From the IMG/VR virus record IMGVR_UViG_3300027708_000012, positions 124,001-188,000 of that record: DNA of 64,000 bases; one strand, 5' to 3'. Positions 56,459-64,000 of the stretch are shown here, in pieces. The notes under the pieces were generated by a model. It searched no databases. It was not told where the DNA came from and worked only from the letters and a program-made list of their open reading frames with translations. Within the stretch, counting starts at the first letter, position 1, and each line of letters opens with the position of its first letter. The translations under genes and the position numbers were made by a program.

Positions 56459-56830
56459 TTAATCCTTGTATTTTCCAGCAGATATATGTTCTTTAACTTC
56501 TTCATACATTTTGGTGCAAGCCTGCTTACAAGTATCTTCACTTAGCTCGTCATCTAATTCTCGTATTGGAAACTTTTTCTTATAAAGTTTGTAACATTCT
56601 TTAATGGCTTCTGCAAACATTTTACTATGTGTAGCTTTTTTGCCTTTGATGCCATCAATACATTTCATTAAAACAGGATAAACATGTCTACGATAGATAT
56701 GATCATCGTTATGCATGAAATGGATGAGATCTTCGACTAGGTCGTAGTCAATTTCACGCTTTTCGCCAGTTGCTTTGACAAAATCGTCTTCTTTGAAATT
56801 ATTGTTTTCTAGTAATTCTCGTATACGCAT
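56459..56830 (-). CDS. Hypothetical protein with head-protein-type N-terminus
   Basis: Likely start at MRIRELLEN (56830); ATG 56848 is an alternative. Confidence 0.5.
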   Translation of the reverse strand: MRIRELLENNNFKEDDFVKATGEKREIDYDLVEDLIHFMHNDDHIYRRHVYPVLMKCIDGIKGKKATHSKMFAEAIKECYKLYKKKFPIRELDDELSEDTCKQACTKMYEEVKEHISAGKYKD

Positions 56831-56889
56831 TTTAAGCCCAAGTTTCATACCCAAGGTATTCCATTGGGTTTAGAGTATTTATCAACAAA

Positions 56890-57519
56890 CTATGCTTTAA
56901 TGATGCGTTCTATTTTAGAAATACTACCGCCTAAATGCATCTTAGCAAGCAATAAATTGTTATTGCCCGTAATATAGAAGTGGGAGCCGCCCCAGCTGCG
57001 TTGTTTTTCTAATTCTCTAATGCAACTTTTAGTTAATTTGCATTTTTTATTGGAACTTGCCCACTCAATAAATGCAGGGTTGGGTTGATTAGTTTTTCCT
57101 ATAGTAACTCGAAAATCAAAGTTCATTTTAGGCATGATCACAGTATCTACAGCGATCCCAGTTGCTGGCGGCTCTGAAATATATTTGATTTTATTAATAT
57201 CTATATTTGCAATCGCATCAATTTCGTTTCTACTGTTGCTATAAATTGTAAGCCACGGACTTTCTACACGTAAACTAATATCCGATAAAGTAGAAATTAC
57301 AGTTGCTAACTTAATTGCATATTCTAAATCTTCTTTAGAACGGATATTAGAACTTCTCCACCCACTAACTTTTTGAGTTTCGAATACTTTTACTTGACTA
57401 AGTTCGGTTAATGCTTTATCCATGTCACCACTACGAAACCATGCCGCACCTGGACATACCGATACTATTTTGTATTGATATCGGTTGTGGAATAGTTTCG
57501 TAGTAAGTTTATAATGCAT
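56890..57519 (-). CDS. Hypothetical protein
   Basis: 209 aa ORF. Confidence 0.55.
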   Translation of the reverse strand: MHYKLTTKLFHNRYQYKIVSVCPGAAWFRSGDMDKALTELSQVKVFETQKVSGWRSSNIRSKEDLEYAIKLATVISTLSDISLRVESPWLTIYSNSRNEIDAIANIDINKIKYISEPPATGIAVDTVIMPKMNFDFRVTIGKTNQPNPAFIEWASSNKKCKLTKSCIRELEKQRSWGGSHFYITGNNNLLLAKMHLGGSISKIERIIKA

Positions 57520-59785
57520 CTATATTAACTAATGACGTAGGTGCATTAACAGTTAACAACGGAGTTTTTGATTCCTTAGGAGTTGATAACAACACTAATT
57601 TATCAAACTGTACTGTAATGCTGAGCAACCCGCCGTTTTTTAAATCTCCAAACAGCATGAGTTTTGCCAAAGGTCGTTTAATTTCCTTATCAATAACACG
57701 CTGTAGCGGGCGAGCACCCATCTTAGGATCAAAGCCTTTGGTAATCAACCAATTAGTACTTTCCTTATCTAGTTTGATCTTAATGCCTTTTTCTTTAACT
57801 TGCGCACGTAATTCATCCATGAACTTAACAACAATTTTAGTCATTGTTTCTTTAGCAAGTTTATTGAATGTAATAATACCATCTAAACGATTACGGAACT
57901 CTGGTGTAAAGAACTTTTTCAAGTCTTTATCACTGTAGTCTTTTTCTTGTGTACCAAAACCAATAACATTCTTCTCGGCATCTTGTGCGCCAGCGTTAGT
58001 AGTCAAAATTAACACAATGTTTCGGCAATCTGCTTGTTTCCCGTTTGAACCAGTAATAAAACCATTGTCCATCATTTGTAACAATACAGTTGTTACATCC
58101 GGATGTGATTTTTCAACTTCGTCGAACAACAGAACAGCATTTGGATTTTCTTGAATCTGTGTAATCAACAAGCCTGCATTTTCTTCAAAGCCAACATAAC
58201 CGGGAGGGCTACCAATTAGCTTAGAGATGCTATGCTTCTCTTGGTACTCTGACATGTCAAACCGTAGTAGCTTGACACCCAAGTGCTTGGCAAGCGACTT
58301 GGCAGTTTCGGTCTTACCACAACCAGTTGGTCCCATGAATACAAACGATCCAATAGGCTTGCCTTCGCTTTTCAGTCCAGCTTGAGCAACCATAATCTTA
58401 TCTACAATTTCTGTAACAGCAAGATCTTGCCCATAAACTTCTTTTTGTAGGTTATCCTGTAGCGTAGCAAGATTACTAGACTCAGTTTCCATAATCTTTT
58501 CTTCAGGCATCTGAATCATTTTAGCAAGTTCATATTGAATTTCACGTTCGCCAATGATACGTTCGTCTGCAAGTTTAAGATTAAAACGACTACATGCTAC
58601 ATCAATTAGATCAATAGCCTTGTCTGGAAGTTTTTTGTCTGTTTGATACTTAACTGACAATTTAATAGCAGCATCAATAGCATCATCACGAATTTTAACT
58701 TTGTGAAAACCTTCGTAGTATTTCTTAATACCTTTAAGGATTTGTTTAGTTACTTCGATAGTTGGCTCATCAACTGTAATGCGTTGGAATCGACGCATTA
58801 GCGCACGATCTTTTTCAAAGTGCTTGCGATATTCTTCCCATGTAGTACTAGCAATAACTTTAATATTGCCTTTACTCAACGCAGGCTTCATCATGTTGGC
58901 AAGATCGTTAGCCGAGTTACCAGCAGAACCAGCACCGCTAATCATGTGTGCTTCGTCGATGAACAAAACAGTCTTGCCCTTCTTCTGCAATGCCTTAATA
59001 ACAAGTTTAAAGCGTTCTTCAAAGTCACCGCGATACTTAGATCCGGCAAGCATGGCTGAAATGTCTAGACTGTAAACTTTGTATTCTTTCAAGAATTCTG
59101 GAACAGCACCGTTTACAATATTGTAAGCAAGTCCTTCTGCAATAGCGGTTTTACCTACGCCAGGATCTCCTACTAGAATCACATTATTTTTTTGTCGACG
59201 TCCTAATGCTAGAGCAATATTTTCTAGTTCGTCGATTCGACCAATAACCGGATCAACTTTTTGTTTTTCAACAAGATCGTTAAGATTGCTTGTAAATGCC
59301 TTTAGTGCTTTTTCACCTTGTGAATCGCTAGGCGATTCTTCATCTTGATCAGTATTACTATTGTTTAAATAGTCGTTAAATTTATCTTTATCGATATTAG
59401 CCTGCATGATATAAAAATGAGCCCAACTACGCTTCTCAGCCATCATACTCAACATAATATCTGTAGGTTCGATACGTTGTCGACCATTAAACAAGACTTG
59501 TGTAAATGCACGATTAAGTACACGCTCTACACTTTGAGTTTTCTTTGGTTTTACTACAACATCAGGAACTGTAATTTCTTCACATTTATTCTGTATGTAT
59601 TCTGTTAAATTATTTTTTAATGCTGTTGCATCTGCTCCGTATCCTTGTAGGATATCGGTAAATGCTGAATCTGATAACATTGCAAACAACAAGTGCTCGA
59701 TTGTTAAGTATTCGTGATGTAGCTTTTTAGCAGTATCTATTGCTTTTTCAAAAACTGCCTGCAGGTTATCACTTGGTTCGACCAT
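57509..59785 (-). CDS. clpA: ClpA-like AAA+ chaperone
   Basis: Clp N-domain (HEYLTIEHLL), GDPGVGKT, GPTGCGKT, RFDMSEY and an IGF loop. No ClpB middle domain. Confidence 0.93.
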   Translation of the reverse strand: MVEPSDNLQAVFEKAIDTAKKLHHEYLTIEHLLFAMLSDSAFTDILQGYGADATALKNNLTEYIQNKCEEITVPDVVVKPKKTQSVERVLNRAFTQVLFNGRQRIEPTDIMLSMMAEKRSWAHFYIMQANIDKDKFNDYLNNSNTDQDEESPSDSQGEKALKAFTSNLNDLVEKQKVDPVIGRIDELENIALALGRRQKNNVILVGDPGVGKTAIAEGLAYNIVNGAVPEFLKEYKVYSLDISAMLAGSKYRGDFEERFKLVIKALQKKGKTVLFIDEAHMISGAGSAGNSANDLANMMKPALSKGNIKVIASTTWEEYRKHFEKDRALMRRFQRITVDEPTIEVTKQILKGIKKYYEGFHKVKIRDDAIDAAIKLSVKYQTDKKLPDKAIDLIDVACSRFNLKLADERIIGEREIQYELAKMIQMPEEKIMETESSNLATLQDNLQKEVYGQDLAVTEIVDKIMVAQAGLKSEGKPIGSFVFMGPTGCGKTETAKSLAKHLGVKLLRFDMSEYQEKHSISKLIGSPPGYVGFEENAGLLITQIQENPNAVLLFDEVEKSHPDVTTVLLQMMDNGFITGSNGKQADCRNIVLILTTNAGAQDAEKNVIGFGTQEKDYSDKDLKKFFTPEFRNRLDGIITFNKLAKETMTKIVVKFMDELRAQVKEKGIKIKLDKESTNWLITKGFDPKMGARPLQRVIDKEIKRPLAKLMLFGDLKNGGLLSITVQFDKLVLLSTPKESKTPLLTVNAPTSLVNIDAL

Positions 59786-59813
59786 TATAAATCCTCTGTT
59801 TAATTGTTATCTT

Positions 59814-59842
59814 ATTATATACAAAAAAATACTAGTAGTCAA
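59814..59842 (-). promoter_or_regulatory. Sigma70-like promoter
   Basis: TTGACT-17 nt-TATAAT upstream of clpA. Confidence 0.75.
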
Positions 59843-59847
59843 TTATA

Positions 59848-60717
59848 TTAGACTGAATTGTTTTTAATTTTTTCGTTAAGCACTTTTAACTCTGCTATAA
59901 TATCTAAGTTAGTAATTCTTGGTGTTTTGATTTTAACTACACTTACAAATTTTCCTTTACGTTGATTATTTACATTAGTAAATCCGTTGCCGTTGCTAGC
60001 AAACTCAACACCGGATTCAACTCCTGGACGGATTTCAATCTCCATACGTTCGCCTGTTATATTACTAACAGTTTTTTTACAACCAATTATGGCTTCAATC
60101 GGAGAAATTTCTACGTTAGTATATAAGTCGTCGCCGCGTCTTTCAAAATTCACATCGTTATGCACTACAACTGTTACATTTAAATTTCCTCTAGGAGCAC
60201 CGGGGACACTGTCATCTCCTAATCCGCTGTATCGAATTGTATCACCGTTTGTAATTCCTGCAGGTACTGTAATCATTACAGATTGATTGCGGCCGCTAGG
60301 CAATTGAAAATTTGCTTCTAATTGTTTTCCCGTATACGAATCTAACAATGTTATTGCACATTGTATATTTAAATCTCGATTTCTTCTCATATGCGGATGC
60401 CCGCCTCCAAACATGTGACCAAACGGTCCTTGTGCATTGAACATTGCAGCAAAAGGATCAAATGCTCCACCGAATGGATGCGCACCGGTTGTTGAAAAAT
60501 GGACTTGCGGACCATTTCCGTACATACGCTGTTGATCGTATTCAGCTTTCTTTTGTGGGTCGCTTAGGTTTTCATAAGCGACACTGATATCTTTGAATTT
60601 GGCTTGATCACCGCCTTTGTCCGGATGATGTTTATTAGCCAAACTTCTATAGGCTTTTTTGATTTCATCTGGGCTAGCATTTTCGCTAACACCTAAGGTT
60701 GAGTAATAGTTTTCCAT
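59848..60717 (-). CDS. dnaJ: DnaJ-class co-chaperone (class B/CbpA-like, no Zn finger)
   Basis: J-domain with HPD, a G/F-rich region and a C-terminal substrate-binding domain. Confidence 0.9.
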   Translation of the reverse strand: MENYYSTLGVSENASPDEIKKAYRSLANKHHPDKGGDQAKFKDISVAYENLSDPQKKAEYDQQRMYGNGPQVHFSTTGAHPFGGAFDPFAAMFNAQGPFGHMFGGGHPHMRRNRDLNIQCAITLLDSYTGKQLEANFQLPSGRNQSVMITVPAGITNGDTIRYSGLGDDSVPGAPRGNLNVTVVVHNDVNFERRGDDLYTNVEISPIEAIIGCKKTVSNITGERMEIEIRPGVESGVEFASNGNGFTNVNNQRKGKFVSVVKIKTPRITNLDIIAELKVLNEKIKNNSV

Positions 60718-60723
60718 AGTCGT

Positions 60724-60777
60724 AAAAAAGGCTCCAGTAATAGTATTAATTATACTATCTTAACTGGAGCCTGTCAA
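60724..60777 (-). terminator. Intrinsic terminator hairpin enclosing a consensus sigma70 promoter
   Basis: AGGCTCCAGT...ACTGGAGCCT followed by a T-run; TTGACA(60777-60772)-17 nt-TATAAT(60754-60749). Confidence 0.75.
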
Positions 60778-60786
60778 GTTTTTGGT

Positions 60787-60987
60787 TTACTTTTTAGTAG
60801 GAACTGCGTCCCCTTCAACCTTCTTGTGTGTTTTGATAGTCTTGCAAGTTTGTTTTGCACTTCCGTCGGCCTTTTTAACTACATTGCCTTTAGAATCTTT
60901 TACATCTGTACAAACTTGTTTTTCTTCTCCGCCTGCAAATGCTGTACTGGCAAATGCAATGGCTAATAATACTAATAGTTGTTTCAT
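60787..60987 (-). CDS. Small secreted protein with signal peptide and two Cys
   Basis: Sec signal MKQLLVLLAIAFASTAFA|GG; AAGGA SD. Confidence 0.65.
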   Translation of the reverse strand: MKQLLVLLAIAFASTAFAGGEEKQVCTDVKDSKGNVVKKADGSAKQTCKTIKTHKKVEGDAVPTKK

Positions 60988-60998
60988 TTTAATTTCCT

Positions 60999-61604
60999 TT
61001 AAATTGCTGGTTGACCAAAGTCAGGTACAACTTTTTTGCCACTGGCTGTAGTTGTTATTGGTGCGGGCGATCCGAAACCACCCGAGACAGATACGCCTCC
61101 AAAGCCGCTTCCGCCAATGCTACTTGTTGCTGGTGAATTAAAACCGCCGGTGTTGCCGAAGCCTCCTGCTGTCGGAGAGCCAAATGCTGGTGCCCCGCCC
61201 GCAAATCCTGTTGCTGATGTGCCTGCTCCGCCATTGCCAAATCCTCCTGTTGACCCGCTACCAAAACCACCTGCAACATTACCAGTCATATTTTGTGTAC
61301 TGATAGTTTGTGTTGATGTTGGGTTTGCAGCCGTACCTGCTAGCTTTTCTTGTGTGCGACCAAATGCACTGATACCTAGAACAGCACCCATGGCAATATG
61401 GAATAAACCTGCACCTTGTAGTGTTAGTGGATTCCATTGTGTGATAGGCATGTGCATAAATGCTTGTAATGCCGACCACAAGACTGGAAATATAGCCATA
61501 TCTAACATACAGATAATCATATACATCCAACCCATTGCCGGACGCCATAATTTTTGCATCCACTCTGCTCCACCACCGCTATCTTTTTCTTGTTCGCCCG
61601 CCAT
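60999..61604 (-). CDS. Holin-like membrane protein (3TM-holin-like) with Gly/Phe-rich tail
   Basis: WRPAMGWMY...FHIAMGAVLGISAFGRTQEK, located in the lysis cassette. Confidence 0.65.
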   Translation of the reverse strand: MAGEQEKDSGGGAEWMQKLWRPAMGWMYMIICMLDMAIFPVLWSALQAFMHMPITQWNPLTLQGAGLFHIAMGAVLGISAFGRTQEKLAGTAANPTSTQTISTQNMTGNVAGGFGSGSTGGFGNGGAGTSATGFAGGAPAFGSPTAGGFGNTGGFNSPATSSIGGSGFGGVSVSGGFGSPAPITTTASGKKVVPDFGQPAI

Positions 61605-61637
61605 ATCATTCGCTCCTTATTGGCTTTATATACGTAT

Positions 61638-61919
61638 TTATTTCACGTTGTCAAATATCTTCTTTTGGCTATTATACCAGTCAATCCAGCTATCCACATT
61701 GTCTTTACAAGCATAGTATTGCCCATAATTATCTACTACAGTAGGCAGCACTTCGCTTAATTTAGTTGTTTCTGGAGATAATTTTAGATCAGGACAAGCT
61801 ATTAGCATATCTTTAGGTACATCCGGGAATTTAACAGTTACAGGAACCGTAGAACAACCAGCAGCTACCATTAAAAATAATAAAATAAGAATTATGGCTA
61901 AAATTGATGGTAGTCTCAT
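61638..61919 (-). CDS. Outer-membrane spanin (Rz1-like lipoprotein)
   Basis: Lipobox VAAG|C, Pro-rich segment, two further Cys; directly downstream of the i-spanin. Confidence 0.8.
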   Translation of the reverse strand: MRLPSILAIILILLFLMVAAGCSTVPVTVKFPDVPKDMLIACPDLKLSPETTKLSEVLPTVVDNYGQYYACKDNVDSWIDWYNSQKKIFDNVK

Positions 61920-62404
61920 TTTTTAACCTCCTCAATAGTAACAGATCCTTTTTTCATAGAATTCTTAGCGGCATCGTTTAAAATGCTTATTGCTTCTGGA
62001 GCAACTTTACACTCTGAATCAATAACTTGTGTTTCTTTAACAATACGTTCTTTAACGGTAGTAATATACTCTGTACGAACTTTAGCTTTTTTCTTACGTT
62101 CTTGATCTAGCTTGTTGTTAAATTCTTTACTTTCTTCTTCGGCCTTTGCTACTTTTGCTTGTGCTTCTTCTACCTTGGCTCTCCAACGCATTTCAGTATC
62201 GTATCCGCCTCGCAACCAAACACCTAATACAAGTAAAACTACACCGATTGGTTTTAAAAATTTAACATAATTTCCGTAGAAAGGAATCCAACGACCGAGC
62301 CAACTTGCCGCAATACCGCTAATACCTGCCGCAATAATTAACCAGTAGACCCAGTTGAGTATTGCGTCTGGTATCAGACTAAGCATCCAGGTAATTTGCC
62401 CCAT
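61916..62404 (-). CDS. Inner-membrane spanin (Rz-like)
   Basis: N-terminal TM helices, a coiled coil and a C-terminal Cys; follows the endolysin. Confidence 0.75.
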   Translation of the reverse strand: MGQITWMLSLIPDAILNWVYWLIIAAGISGIAASWLGRWIPFYGNYVKFLKPIGVVLLVLGVWLRGGYDTEMRWRAKVEEAQAKVAKAEEESKEFNNKLDQERKKKAKVRTEYITTVKERIVKETQVIDSECKVAPEAISILNDAAKNSMKKGSVTIEEVKK

Positions 62405-62407
62405 GGC

Positions 62408-63034
62408 TTATCCTTGTAGAACGTGAATAGCGTGATTGTAATGCTTGATGCGGTCTTCTAATCCAAGTGTTCCGCCATTGATACGTTTAGTCAATGTTAG
62501 CATGTCGCCTGCATCTGCCCACTGGTTTAAGTTGTTAGCTTCCCAGAACCAAGCGGCACTTTGTACACAACCTTCAAATGTTGTTAAATGTTCGCTAGCT
62601 TCGTCTAGACTAATTTCTAAACTTTGTGCATAACGTGAATAGTTGTCTTTACCAGTTAACTGAATAAGTCCACGTCCACAAAACTTCCAACCATCACCCG
62701 ACTCTTCTGGTCCGTTACCCATACGGTTTGCGTATGCTCTGTTGGCAATCTTTTCTGGTTGTTGTGCGTAAGCGTTAGCAACATCTATATTGGGGAAATA
62801 ACGTGGCCATACTTTGCATAAACTTGCGGCTTTATAGTTTAAGTTTTCTTTAATTGCTTTATAACCACCACTTTCGTGTGCTGTTTGCGCTAAGAAAGCC
62901 GCAACACGTGGCACTGTATTAATATCGTAGTCTGGTAATATTTCGCATAGTGCTTCAAACCAATGATCCGCATAGGGATTTTTTCCAATAATTTCTTCAA
63001 ACTTTGCTTGTGTAAAATTAAATTCAAAACTCAT
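62408..63034 (-). CDS. Glycoside hydrolase family 19 endolysin
   Basis: AAFLAQTAHESGG, ENLNY, GRGLIQLTGKDNY, SAAWFW and TKRINGG. Confidence 0.93.
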   Translation of the reverse strand: MSFEFNFTQAKFEEIIGKNPYADHWFEALCEILPDYDINTVPRVAAFLAQTAHESGGYKAIKENLNYKAASLCKVWPRYFPNIDVANAYAQQPEKIANRAYANRMGNGPEESGDGWKFCGRGLIQLTGKDNYSRYAQSLEISLDEASEHLTTFEGCVQSAAWFWEANNLNQWADAGDMLTLTKRINGGTLGLEDRIKHYNHAIHVLQG

Positions 63035-63768
63035 TATAGTTTCCTTTCAAGGGCAACTGCCCAGTTTCCGTTCTCAAATATAAATGTACTACCTATTTTT
63101 GTAATATTATAGTTACCAATAACTTTGGTTAAAAACATAACCTCTGCCATGTCCTTACCTTCTAATACTATTGGACCTTTAATGCTATTGTATATTTCGG
63201 TTTTATTTCCGCTATTAATAATATCAAAAGTAACAGTGCCACTATAAGGTCTTGTAAATGAAATACTTTCGTTGATTACATTTAATTTGTCAGCATAGCT
63301 ATTACTGAAAAAATTGCTAAAATTATTTAAATTATTTTGTTGAGTGGCAATGTTATAATCGTCTGCACTTTTTGGTATTGTTAATTCTAAATTTTCTAAC
63401 GAAGCTACTTTACTTTTAAAACTTTTAAAATATCGAAATCTCAATTCTTCTAAACCAGTAACTTTCTTAATACCTTCAACAAGCTCAAATACTTGTTCAG
63501 CAACTTTACGTCCTCGTTCTAATTCTACATAAACTCGATATTGTCCGTCGTCCAGTTCCCCAGGAGTACAATCTGCATCAAGTACAAAATTATAACCCAT
63601 CTCAAAGAAGTTTTCTAAATCTTTAGCTGGATCTTCTTGGTCAACGGTAAAACTTAATACAACAACATCTTCATCATTGCCAACTTTACTTTTAAAACTA
63701 TCAATTTCAAAAACTTTTTTAACTAAATTTTGCAGATCATTAGCTCTTAAACTTTCTGTTATGTTCAT
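63034..63768 (-). CDS. Hypothetical protein
   Basis: 244 aa ORF, TAATG-coupled to the endolysin. Confidence 0.55.
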   Translation of the reverse strand: MNITESLRANDLQNLVKKVFEIDSFKSKVGNDEDVVVLSFTVDQEDPAKDLENFFEMGYNFVLDADCTPGELDDGQYRVYVELERGRKVAEQVFELVEGIKKVTGLEELRFRYFKSFKSKVASLENLELTIPKSADDYNIATQQNNLNNFSNFFSNSYADKLNVINESISFTRPYSGTVTFDIINSGNKTEIYNSIKGPIVLEGKDMAEVMFLTKVIGNYNITKIGSTFIFENGNWAVALERKL

Positions 63769-64000
63769 ACAGGTGCTCCTCCGCCCGATGGCGCAGCTGG
63801 TGCCCCACCTGCCGGTGCTGCTGGAGCTGCTGGTGCAGCTGGTGCCCCACCTGCCGGTGCTGCTGGAGCACCTGGAGGCGCCGCTTCGGTAGGTTTGCTA
63901 TCTTTATAATCGTTTTTCATTTTGTCCATGTAGCCTTTGTAGATATCAAAGGCTACTTTCTTAGGCATTTGTATTTCTACAATCCAAATAGGTTTGCGAT
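63765..64000 (-). CDS. Hypothetical protein, 5' end outside the window, with Pro/Ala/Gly repeat tail
   Basis: The frame continues to the window end (RKPIWIVEIQMPKK...). The C-terminus has GGAPAAPAAPA repeats. Confidence 0.55.
   Translation of the reverse strand, partial: RKPIWIVEIQMPKKVAFDIYKGYMDKMKNDYKDSKPTEAAPPGAPAAPAGGAPAAPAAPAAPAGGAPAAPSGGGAPV

Noticed and set aside
56849-56869. ACCCAA/TTGGGT inverted repeat as a terminator
   Set aside because: Only a 6-bp stem with no U-tract on the coding strand, so it is too weak to call.
61036-61716. 226-aa + strand Pro-rich ORF
   Set aside because: Antisense shadow of the Gly-rich holin-like gene (GGN codons read as Pro on the other strand). It has no independent support.
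1-64000. Stop-codon recoding, tRNA/rRNA genes, introns or inteins
   Set aside because: Genes are intact and densely packed under the standard code, and TAG and TGA are both used as stops. Intergenic gaps are short and show no tRNA-like pattern I could identify. polB and clpA have normal lengths.

Overview
This window is part of a large, AT-rich tailed-phage genome (T4-like/jumbo myovirus-type gene content, standard genetic code). Spanins and a GH19 endolysin point to a Gram-negative host. The + strand arm (1-19.7 kb) carries a very large 5'-truncated virion protein, a set of paralogous tail/baseplate-fibre proteins, a prolyl-4-hydroxylase-like gene and four GT-A glycosyltransferase-like genes. 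The - strand arm (19.7-64 kb) carries thyX, a MoxR AAA/VWA-metallopeptidase pair, rubrerythrin plus an unlisted rubredoxin, and a 5'-3' exonuclease. It then has a ~15 kb 7-deazaguanine DNA-modification region (queE, folE, QueD-like, TGT/DpdA-like, PRTase; no queC seen) interleaved with a GT-B glycosyltransferase, two sugar-type oxidoreductases, a truncated UDP-glucose dehydrogenase, 2OG oxygenases and an HNH nuclease. After that come a probable clamp, DNA polymerase B, a ~10 kb block of putative protease-processed internal head proteins, ClpA, DnaJ and a lysis cassette. The most notable candidates are: (1) a possibly glycosylated 7-deazaguanine DNA hypermodification pathway; (2) apparently capsid-targeted nucleotidyltransferase/ligase enzymes; (3) a hydroxyproline/glycan virion-decoration module; (4) RNA-level controls, including a tandem-hairpin operator before polB, promoters nested in hairpins, and an RBS-occluding hairpin at a late-type promoter. 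All protein family calls come from motif recognition by eye; no database searches were run.
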